This document shows positions 56,477 to 64,000 of a stretch of 64,000 nt of DNA, piece after piece (the stretch's first letter is position 1; each line of letters starts with the position of its first letter). The stretch spans positions 1,789,807 to 1,853,806 of the forward strand of contig OZ220751.1 in assembly GCA_965117065.1 (NCBI GenBank), read 5' to 3'. The stretch comes from an uncultured Allomuricauda sp. (GTDB taxonomy: Bacteria; Bacteroidota; Bacteroidia; Flavobacteriales; Flavobacteriaceae). A model generated the notes under the pieces. That model did no database searches. It saw nothing but the letters and a program-made list of their open reading frames with translations, and had not been told where the DNA came from. A program made the translations under genes and the position numbers.

Positions 56477-58642
56477 GTGAAAGTCTTCAAACATCCGGTT
56501 CTTCTAATTTTTATTGTTTTCCTTTCATGCAATAAATCAAATACCGAATCATCCTCGGAAAATTATCATACAACTTGGCAGCATTATTTAGGTGACCCAG
56601 AAAGAACCCATTACTCCACACTTGATCAAATTGACAGTTCTAATGTGAAAAACCTTAAGGTTGCTTGGGTCTATAAAAGTGGGGGTTTAGAGGAAGGCAG
56701 GACCACACAGATTCAGACAAATCCTTTAATCATTGACACTGTCCTGTATGGGGTAAATGCGGCTATCGAACTCTTTGCCCTGAGTGCGAAAACAGGTGAG
56801 GAAATTTGGAAGTTTAATCCAACTTCCAAAGACAATTCTGGACTTGGTCTAAATCGTGGTTTAAGTTTCTGGAAATCCAATTCAGAGGAGAAAAGCCGGC
56901 TTTTCTTCTCTTCAGGGTCAAAACTCTACGCGGTAAATGTGGAGAATGGAAAAGTAATTTCATCCTTTGGCGAAAAAGGACATGTGGATTTAAGGGATGG
57001 TCTTGGAAGAAATCCTGAAAAATTATCAGTTGTGGCCAATACTCCCGGAGCTATATATAAGAACCTATTGATTATGGGGACTCGAGTTGGTGAAGGCCCA
57101 GGTTCTTCCCCTGGTCATATAAGAGCTTATAACGTTTTAACAGGTGCAATTGAATGGATTTTTCACACCATCCCGCAGCCCAATGAATTTGGGTACGACA
57201 CTTGGCCCAAAGAAGCCTACCAAACTGTTGGCGGCGCAAATAGCTGGGCTGGAATTGCAATGGATAAAGAAAGGGGTATCGTGTATATTCCGACCGGATC
57301 TGCCGCTTTTGATTGGTATGGCGGTGACCGTACGGGAGAGAATTTATTTGCCAATTCCTTGTTGGCCTTGGATGCCAAGACTGGAAATCGCATATGGCAT
57401 TTTCAAATGGTCCATCATGATATATGGGACAGGGACTTACCTGCACCCCCAAATCTTTTCGATTTTAATCAGAATGGACAAAAAATTCCGGCGGTGGCCC
57501 AAGTAACCAAAAGCGGACATATTTTTATTTTCAATCGACTTACGGGAGAACCTATTTTTCCTATTGAAGAAAGAACATATCCGGTTTCAAAACTTAAGGG
57601 AGAGCACGCCAACACCACTCAGCCGCTTCCCACAAAGCCCGCCCCTTTTGCCCGTCAAATATTGAGAAAGGAAGATTTGTATGATCCCTCCCGACCAGCA
57701 TTTGTAGATGATTTTGTGGATAAGAATCAAAATATAGATCCTCCGACGGTGCTGCAAAAGTTTGAACAAATAACTTCGGAAGGGCAGTTTGTCCCTATTG
57801 ATACGACTGGAGTTATTCTTTATCCCGGTGCAGATGGGGGTGCGGAATGGGGTGGTGCCGCCTTAGACCCAAACAATGGGATAATGTATGTGAATTCCAA
57901 TGAAATGGCATGGATTGTACGAATGACCAATGTCAAAGCGAAAGATGGACAAAATGCAAATCGAAGTGCTTTGGCCACCAAAATCCATTGTGCCAGATGC
58001 CATGGTGGAGACTTACAAGGGCTAGGGGCTATCCCAAATTTGCAACATCTTGAAGATAAATTTTCGGTTGATTCCATATTCAGTATTATTAAAAATGGCA
58101 AGGGCGCCATGCCAGGAATGCCCAATCTCTCAGATCAAGAAATCAATGGAATTGCCAACTTTTTATCCGGAATAGAAGAAGAAATCGACCATAGAGCAGA
58201 ACAAACGGATTTGGACGTTCCCTATGCAGTTGGTGGTTTTGGTCGATTTAAAGACAATAGGGGCTATCCCGTAGTAAAACCTCCCTGGGGAACGTTAAAT
58301 GCTATTGACCTCAATACGGGCAATTATCTATGGAAAATTCCACTAGGGAATGAGGAGGAATTAAACGATCCCGATTATCCTATTTCTGGATTGGAGAATT
58401 ATGGCGGCCCTGTTATCACCGCAGGAGGACTATTGTTTATAGCCGCAACCAAAGATGAAAAAATTCGGGCGTTCAGTATGAAAACAGGCAAAATACTTTG
58501 GGAAGATGACCTGCCAGCAGGTGGCTACGCAACACCTGCCACCTATGAGATTGAAGGCAAGCAATTTTTGGTCATTGCCTGTGGTGGTGGGAAAATGGGT
58601 ACCCCATCTGGTGATGAATACAGAGCTTATGGCCTAGAATAA
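56477..58642 (+). CDS. PQQ-dependent quinoprotein dehydrogenase lipoprotein (glucose/aldose dehydrogenase-like propeller) with an internally inserted cytochrome c domain
   Basis: 721 aa with lipobox FLSC. PQQ-propeller W-motifs occur both before and after a CxxCH heme motif (CARCHGG...MPGMP) at about residue 500. Confidence 0.7.
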   Translation: MKVFKHPVLLIFIVFLSCNKSNTESSSENYHTTWQHYLGDPERTHYSTLDQIDSSNVKNLKVAWVYKSGGLEEGRTTQIQTNPLIIDTVLYGVNAAIELFALSAKTGEEIWKFNPTSKDNSGLGLNRGLSFWKSNSEEKSRLFFSSGSKLYAVNVENGKVISSFGEKGHVDLRDGLGRNPEKLSVVANTPGAIYKNLLIMGTRVGEGPGSSPGHIRAYNVLTGAIEWIFHTIPQPNEFGYDTWPKEAYQTVGGANSWAGIAMDKERGIVYIPTGSAAFDWYGGDRTGENLFANSLLALDAKTGNRIWHFQMVHHDIWDRDLPAPPNLFDFNQNGQKIPAVAQVTKSGHIFIFNRLTGEPIFPIEERTYPVSKLKGEHANTTQPLPTKPAPFARQILRKEDLYDPSRPAFVDDFVDKNQNIDPPTVLQKFEQITSEGQFVPIDTTGVILYPGADGGAEWGGAALDPNNGIMYVNSNEMAWIVRMTNVKAKDGQNANRSALATKIHCARCHGGDLQGLGAIPNLQHLEDKFSVDSIFSIIKNGKGAMPGMPNLSDQEINGIANFLSGIEEEIDHRAEQTDLDVPYAVGGFGRFKDNRGYPVVKPPWGTLNAIDLNTGNYLWKIPLGNEEELNDPDYPISGLENYGGPVITAGGLLFIAATKDEKIRAFSMKTGKILWEDDLPAGGYATPATYEIEGKQFLVIACGGGKMGTPSGDEYRAYGLE

Positions 58643-58647
58643 GATTG

Positions 58648-59691
58648 TTAGGGAGCAGGATTTGGAATGGTATTATGAATGTCCTCAATACCCTCCAAAA
58701 TCTCATCGGAAAGGTCCACATCGATGCTTTCAATATTTTCTTTTAGCTGTTCCATGGTAGTAGCCCCAATGATATTACTGGTCACAAAAGGTCTTGTATT
58801 TACAAAGGCAAGTGCCATCTGTGTTAAGCTTAAACCATGATCTTTAGCCAGTTGCTGGTACTGTTCCGTAGCTGCTGTTGCTGTTTCCCCACTGTACCTA
58901 TTGTAATTGGGAAAAAGGGTGACCCTTGCTTTTCGAGGTGGAATCTCCGTCAAATACTTCCCACTCAACACACCAAACCCTAGCGGAGAATACGCCAACA
59001 ACCCAATATTTTCACGCATAGAAACTTCCGAAAGGCCTACTTCAAAAAGTCGGTTTAGTAAATTATACGGGTTTTGAATGGTTAACATACGAGGCAGGCT
59101 TTGATGCACCTTGCTCTCCTCCAAAAAGCGCATGGCTCCCCAGGGACTCTCATTGGATAACCCCACATGTCTAATCTTTCCTTCCGAAACCAAATCCCGA
59201 AGTGTTTCCAAAACCTGATGAATGTTGTCTTCCCACGGGTCAACGGAATGGGCGTTAAACCCACGTTGCCCAAAATAGTTGGTATTCCTTTCCGGCCAGT
59301 GAAGTTGGTACAAATCAATATAATCTGTCTGTAAACGTTGAAGACTGTCTTCTACAGCTTTAACCAATGAATCTTTACTAAATCCCGTACTTCGAATATG
59401 CTTGGTAAAGTCAGCCCTACCTGCAATCTTAGTAGCCAGCACCACCTTGTCGCGATTTCCTGTTTTCTTGAACCAGCTACCAATGAACTCTTCAGTAACT
59501 GCATAAAGTTCCTTCTTTGCGGGAACGGGATATAGCTCTGCGGTATCAAAAAAATTAATCCCATGATCTAGGGCATAATCCATTTGTTCATGACCTTCAT
59601 CTTCGGTATTTTGTCTTCCCCAAGTCATGGTTCCCAAACAAATTTTACTTACTCTGATATTGGTATGCGGAAGTCTGGTATATTTCATCAA
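58648..59691 (-). CDS. NADP(H)-dependent aldo-keto reductase (Tas/YghZ-like)
   Basis: 347 aa with AKR catalytic tetrad context (DTAELY, K in LATK, HWPE). Confidence 0.85.
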   Translation of the reverse strand: MMKYTRLPHTNIRVSKICLGTMTWGRQNTEDEGHEQMDYALDHGINFFDTAELYPVPAKKELYAVTEEFIGSWFKKTGNRDKVVLATKIAGRADFTKHIRSTGFSKDSLVKAVEDSLQRLQTDYIDLYQLHWPERNTNYFGQRGFNAHSVDPWEDNIHQVLETLRDLVSEGKIRHVGLSNESPWGAMRFLEESKVHQSLPRMLTIQNPYNLLNRLFEVGLSEVSMRENIGLLAYSPLGFGVLSGKYLTEIPPRKARVTLFPNYNRYSGETATAATEQYQQLAKDHGLSLTQMALAFVNTRPFVTSNIIGATTMEQLKENIESIDVDLSDEILEGIEDIHNTIPNPAP

Positions 59692-59748
59692 GCTAATTTA
59701 TGAGAAAGCAAAAATAGGTAATCCTTAGTGCTGGATTTGTGGGTAGGG

Positions 59749-60513
59749 TTATTTTTCTACTTCAATAAGAATGGGACAATGATCGCTATGCTTTGCATCT
59801 GATAGAATCACGCACCGTTTTAACCTATCCTTTAATGATTCGTTCACCATGCCATAATCCAATCGCCACCCCTTATTATTGGCCCTGGCATTGGCCCGGT
59901 AGCTCCACCAAGTATAATTGTGTGGTTCTTTGTTGAAATGCCTAAAACTGTCAATAAACCCACTTTTCATAAAGTTGCCGATCCATTCCCGTTCTACCGG
60001 TAAAAATCCAGAGACATTCTTGTTGCGTACAGGATCATGGATGTCAATGGCTTCATGACAAATATTATAATCTCCGCATACAATAAGGTTAGGGCGTTCT
60101 TTTCGAAGTTGATCTGCATATTTTTGGAAATCTGCCATATACGTAAGCTTAAATTCCAAGCGATCCATGTTCGTGCCAGATGGAAGGTACATGCTCATCA
60201 CGGAAATGTCTCCGAAATCAGCCCGTATATTACGTCCCTCAAAATCCATATAGTCAATTCCGGTACCATATTCCACATGGTCTGGTTCTTCCTTACACAA
60301 CAAGGCAACACCGCTATATCCTTTTTTTTGGGCACTGAACCAATAATTATATTTATATCCAGCAGCCTCGAATAAGGAAACATCCACTTGTTCCTTCATG
60401 GCTTTGGTTTCCTGAAGGCAAATCACATCTGGTCCCACTGCTTGGAGCCAATCAACAAAGCCTTTGTTTAAAGCGGCTCTAATGCCATTCACGTTATAGG
60501 AAGCTATTTTCAT
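59749..60513 (-). CDS. xth: Exodeoxyribonuclease III
   Basis: 254 aa: MKIASYNVNGIRA...QETK...SDHCP, EEP-family AP endonuclease. Confidence 0.9.
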   Translation of the reverse strand: MKIASYNVNGIRAALNKGFVDWLQAVGPDVICLQETKAMKEQVDVSLFEAAGYKYNYWFSAQKKGYSGVALLCKEEPDHVEYGTGIDYMDFEGRNIRADFGDISVMSMYLPSGTNMDRLEFKLTYMADFQKYADQLRKERPNLIVCGDYNICHEAIDIHDPVRNKNVSGFLPVEREWIGNFMKSGFIDSFRHFNKEPHNYTWWSYRANARANNKGWRLDYGMVNESLKDRLKRCVILSDAKHSDHCPILIEVEK

Positions 60514-60583
60514 TGGTATATTTTTGCTTAAAAATAACCAATGTCAACCGCCAAAAAAAAGAATGTCCAAAATTCCTTAAACA

Positions 60584-62542
60584 CTAATAGGACAAGCCAT
60601 GACCGAAAGGGTACAATGGATTTTCTGAGTCGTAGGGTACATCTTCCAATTGCTTTTCAACCGCCTCTTGGGAAGAGGGTAGCTCAAATGGTAATTTTGC
60701 CTTCGGATTTACCTCCCCAGAAAGGAGGCCTACCAATGCTTCGTCGCTGGTGCCAAAATCAACGAGCAAAGCATTGGCCTCCGCACTGACCTCTGTTAAT
60801 ATGGCTGGTCGTTCAAGAGTAGCTATTACTATTGAAGGTTTTTCGTTGATCAAATCCAGAATTTCTTTTTTCTCCTCATCAGAATAATACAACCTCCCTT
60901 GGTGAAAAAAGGATTCCAGAAAATAGTCTGTGCGCTCATCAAATGGGGTTTTAATTCTGGCAATTACCACATCGGCCTTATTTGGGTTGCTGACCAATTC
61001 GCCCAGGCTTTCATATGCCGATTTATCCTCAGCTCCATGAACATATAGTTTCACCGTTTTCTTTAATGGCAATAAATCTTCATTTTTAAGTAAAACCGTT
61101 GACTTTTGTTGAGCCAATAATCCCTTTTTTCTAAAATCCATATTTCCTGTGATCACAGTAGCAGCTTCTACATCCACATACGGATTGTCAAATAGACCCA
61201 ACTTAAACTTATCGCGCAGAACGCGCCTTACCGAATTATCGATGCGCTCCTCGGATAGTTGCCCTTCGCTGACCAATTCGGTAATTACCTCAGGGATACT
61301 CTCACCTCCAAACTGATCACATCCAGCATCCAACACTTTTTTCACCCTTTGTTTAATAGTCAAATGTTCAACTCCCCAGGCGCGACCCTCACCCATTTTG
61401 GTGTCGGTAATTATATTCCAATCTGTACAGACCACCCCTTTAAAATTCAAAGAGTCCCTTAGCAATCCCGTAATAATATCCTTATTGAACCCAAAGGCTA
61501 CATCCTCGCTGGTCTGGCCAACTGGAATTCCGTAATAAGGCATTATTTGGGCTGTGTTCGCCTCAAAAGCCCCTTTAATGAATGGTTTTACATGGTAATC
61601 AAAGTTATTACCAGGGTAAGCCTGATCTTTTCCATAAGGAAAATGGGGGTCCTCCCCATCTTTTTGCGGGCCGCCTCCAGAAAAATGCTTAGTCATGCAA
61701 GCAATGCTGTTTGTGCTTAACGAATCTCCTTGAAAACCTAAAACATAGGCCTTGGTCATAATGGCAGAAAGGTCTGCATCTTCGCCAAAAGTACCGTTGG
61801 TTCTTCCCCATCTGGGTTCCGTAGCTAAATCTGCCATTGGATGTAACGCCAACCTGATTCCTACAGCTAGATATTCTTGTCTGGCGATGTCAGCAAACTC
61901 CCTAACCATAAGGGTATCCCTTGAAGCCGCTAACCCCAAGGAACTGGGCCATTGTGAAAAGGCTGGGGTAAACAACGAGGCTCCTGGGTTATTGGAAGTT
62001 CCGTGTCTGGGATCGGTAGCAATTGTAATTGGAATGCCCAATCGGGTACGTTCCGCCATTTTTTGGACACTATTGTTATATTTTGCCATCAAATCAGCAT
62101 CCAAAGAAGCTAAAATATTGAAACTGTTCATCTTCTTTTTGGCAATGAGCTCCGAATTGGATGGGAGCACAAAGGACATCATCACATTAATTGGATTTGT
62201 GGACAACAGTGGAGTCTCCATTGGTTCTCCTTTGGGGGTTGTCCCTATCATAGTTACAAACAAGGTTCCTGTCTTTTCCTCCAAAGTCATCTGATCCAGT
62301 AAATCGTTTACACGATCTTCAATGGGGGCATTTTTGTTTTCATAAACATCCAAATGGCCATTTTTGTTTAAATCTCTATAGGTAATTCCCTGTTCAACCA
62401 AAGTTGGAGCTTCCACACCCAGCAGGGCCATGTTGTCATTCGACTTTTTCTTCTTGGTAAAATAGAGTACCGCCCAACCTACTATCAACAAAGTGATTAG
62501 TGTTAGCAGTACGTACTTTAAAATTTTAAGGAATTTTTTCAT
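60584..62542 (-). CDS. Glycoside hydrolase family 3 protein (beta-glucosidase / beta-xylosidase-like) with N-terminal membrane anchor
   Basis: 652 aa with N-terminal TM, GH3 N-domain (KHF.G motifs) and C-domain. It ends ...FGHGLSY. Confidence 0.85.
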   Translation of the reverse strand: MKKFLKILKYVLLTLITLLIVGWAVLYFTKKKKSNDNMALLGVEAPTLVEQGITYRDLNKNGHLDVYENKNAPIEDRVNDLLDQMTLEEKTGTLFVTMIGTTPKGEPMETPLLSTNPINVMMSFVLPSNSELIAKKKMNSFNILASLDADLMAKYNNSVQKMAERTRLGIPITIATDPRHGTSNNPGASLFTPAFSQWPSSLGLAASRDTLMVREFADIARQEYLAVGIRLALHPMADLATEPRWGRTNGTFGEDADLSAIMTKAYVLGFQGDSLSTNSIACMTKHFSGGGPQKDGEDPHFPYGKDQAYPGNNFDYHVKPFIKGAFEANTAQIMPYYGIPVGQTSEDVAFGFNKDIITGLLRDSLNFKGVVCTDWNIITDTKMGEGRAWGVEHLTIKQRVKKVLDAGCDQFGGESIPEVITELVSEGQLSEERIDNSVRRVLRDKFKLGLFDNPYVDVEAATVITGNMDFRKKGLLAQQKSTVLLKNEDLLPLKKTVKLYVHGAEDKSAYESLGELVSNPNKADVVIARIKTPFDERTDYFLESFFHQGRLYYSDEEKKEILDLINEKPSIVIATLERPAILTEVSAEANALLVDFGTSDEALVGLLSGEVNPKAKLPFELPSSQEAVEKQLEDVPYDSENPLYPFGHGLSY

Positions 62543-62558
62543 CTTATTATATCATTTC

Positions 62559-62605
62559 GACACAATAATACGAAATTATTTTTAATGTGTCCTATTGACA
62601 CAATA
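62559..62605. promoter_or_regulatory. Candidate operator: GACACAATA half-site (62559-62567) plus palindrome TGTGTC-N5-GACACA (62586-62602) in the GH3 / NrtR-like regulator divergent intergenic region
   Basis: Read directly from the sequence: tcGACACAATAatacgaaattatttttaaTGTGTCctattGACACAATAgaa. Confidence 0.45.
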
Positions 62606-62628
62606 GAATTTTTGTATTTTTACAAATA

Positions 62629-63423
62629 ATGACAGATATAGCTTTGCAGATTAAGTCCTTAAAGGACCTTATTCCCAAATATCTTCCCGGCCAGTCTGTG
62701 GATTGCGTCATCTTTGGATATGAGGAAAAGCAACTCAAGGTCCTTTTGTTAAAATGGAAGCAAACGGGTTTTTGGGCGCTTCCCGGCGGATTCATTTTTA
62801 AGGAAGAAAACATGGATGATGCTGCCCAAAGAGTTTTGGAAGAACGTACCAGCCTCACTTCCATTTTTCTAAAACAGTTCCACACTTTTGGAAAACTCCA
62901 ACGGTCAGACCGAAGTCAGCAGGAACATCATAATAAAGTGATGGAACTGCTTAAATCCGAAACCAAGGACAGTCATATGGTCGTTGACTGGTTTAACAAT
63001 CGCTTTGTTACCACGGGATATTTTGCACTGACAGATTTAAGCAAAGCCACTCCCAGACCTGATTTTTTGAGCGAAAAGTGCGAATGGAAAAATGTATCGG
63101 AACTTCCCAAATTAATAATTGATCATGCAGAAATTATTGAAAAAGCCATGCATCAACTTAAGATCCAGTTAAATTACCTTCCCCTCGGTATTTCATTGCT
63201 GCCAAAAAAATTTACCATGAACGAGCTGCAAAAATTGTACGAAGCTATTTTGGGAAGACCGCTGGAACGTAGCAACTTTCAACGGAAAATTTTGAAACTC
63301 GATGTGTTGGTTCGACAAGAAAAATTGATGTCCGGTGCTGCTAACAAGGCTCCGTACCTGTATTCGTTTGACCCGGTCAAATACAATAAGTTGCTAAAAG
63401 AAGGTATTGGCTTTAGATATTAA
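62629..63423 (+). CDS. NrtR-family transcriptional regulator (degenerate Nudix domain + C-terminal winged helix)
   Basis: 264 aa with Nudix-box remnant GGFIFKEENMDDAAQRVLEERTSL and a C-terminal NrtR-type wHTH (...ERSNFQRKILKL...). Divergent from the GH3 gene. Confidence 0.6.
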   Translation: MTDIALQIKSLKDLIPKYLPGQSVDCVIFGYEEKQLKVLLLKWKQTGFWALPGGFIFKEENMDDAAQRVLEERTSLTSIFLKQFHTFGKLQRSDRSQQEHHNKVMELLKSETKDSHMVVDWFNNRFVTTGYFALTDLSKATPRPDFLSEKCEWKNVSELPKLIIDHAEIIEKAMHQLKIQLNYLPLGISLLPKKFTMNELQKLYEAILGRPLERSNFQRKILKLDVLVRQEKLMSGAANKAPYLYSFDPVKYNKLLKEGIGFRY

Positions 63424-63486
63424 ACCAAGCCTACCATGTTTTTGGAACACTAATTGATTATTCATGATGGAAATAAAAACTTACTC

Positions 63487-64000
63487 ATGAAAAAGCTACT
63501 GTTTTTAGGCATCTTTCTTTCAGGTTATTTAGCCATGGCCCAAGCCTATCCCAGGTACAATAACAACCATGAATTAAAGTTCAATGCCGGACTTTTCCTA
63601 GCTACAGGATCGGTGGAAGGGTCTTATGAATATTACTTTACCGAAGACACAAGCTTTGGAGGAACTGTTTACTTTAATAATGACGCTACGGACTACAATG
63701 GAAATTTTGGCATTGGCCCCAATCTAAGAGCCTATTTTGGCTACCAACCCAGAACTGGTCTCTTTGTAGAAGCTTTTGGCCTATATTACACCTGGGAAGA
63801 AGAAGATTTGCAGGATACCATAAACTTTAGGAACAATGATTATAGCACCGTGGCTCTTGGTCTAGGCTTAGGTAATAAATGGGTTACTCCTAGCGATAAC
63901 TTTACCTTGGAAATCTATGGCGGTGTCGGTCGAAATGTAAACCCAGAAGATTTCCAGGACACCTTTATGTTCCGTGGGGCACTGTCTATTGGTTTTCGAT
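63487..64000 (+). CDS. Outer-membrane beta-barrel-like protein, partial (runs off the right edge of the window)
   Basis: ATG 63487: MKKLLFLGIFLSGYLAMAQA signal peptide, then Gly/Tyr/Phe-rich alternating beta-strand pattern. No stop within the window. Confidence 0.45.
   Translation, partial: MKKLLFLGIFLSGYLAMAQAYPRYNNNHELKFNAGLFLATGSVEGSYEYYFTEDTSFGGTVYFNNDATDYNGNFGIGPNLRAYFGYQPRTGLFVEAFGLYYTWEEEDLQDTINFRNNDYSTVALGLGLGNKWVTPSDNFTLEIYGGVGRNVNPEDFQDTFMFRGALSIGFR

Overview
This window reads as a dense, mostly housekeeping chromosomal segment of a gliding Flavobacteriia-type Bacteroidetes bacterium. Evidence for that placement: the conserved mutY-ssb-gldE-gldD block, SSB ending in DDDLPF, TAnnTTTG -7 promoter elements, split atpD-atpC, and a panC / short glgA / DUF4270 / glmS block. 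I found about 60 protein genes, no tRNA or rRNA genes, no CRISPR array and no mobile elements. Several rho-independent, often bidirectional, terminators are visible. The ORF track misses three things: a 5'-truncated TonB-dependent receptor at the left edge, a 29-aa basic bS22-like ribosomal protein gene, and a 3'-truncated outer-membrane protein gene at the right edge. The most interesting items are these. (1) A clear TPP riboswitch (THI-box) controls the left-edge TonB-dependent receptor. (2) An overlapping operon encodes MTH1187/YkoF-like, PnuC, a NadR-type ribosylnicotinamide kinase and DUF4301. DUF4301 carries motifs resembling UDP-sugar pyrophosphorylase-type nucleotidyltransferases and may supply the NMN adenylyltransferase step that the stand-alone kinase lacks. 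(3) A four-gene Met/His/Cys-rich envelope cluster (membrane protein, small outer-membrane beta-barrel, PepSY-TM protein, lipoprotein) is a candidate metal-handling system. (4) A biotin locus (bioF, bioD, bioA, bioB) has no bioC/H/G/W/I in the window but contains a FabB/F-like ketoacyl synthase coupled to bioA and a DUF2007 plus zinc-ribbon ORF coupled between bioF and bioD. (5) A PQQ quinoprotein dehydrogenase carries a cytochrome c domain inserted inside its propeller. (6) A NrtR-like Nudix/wHTH regulator sits divergent from a GH3 glycosidase, with a GACACA palindromic operator between them.
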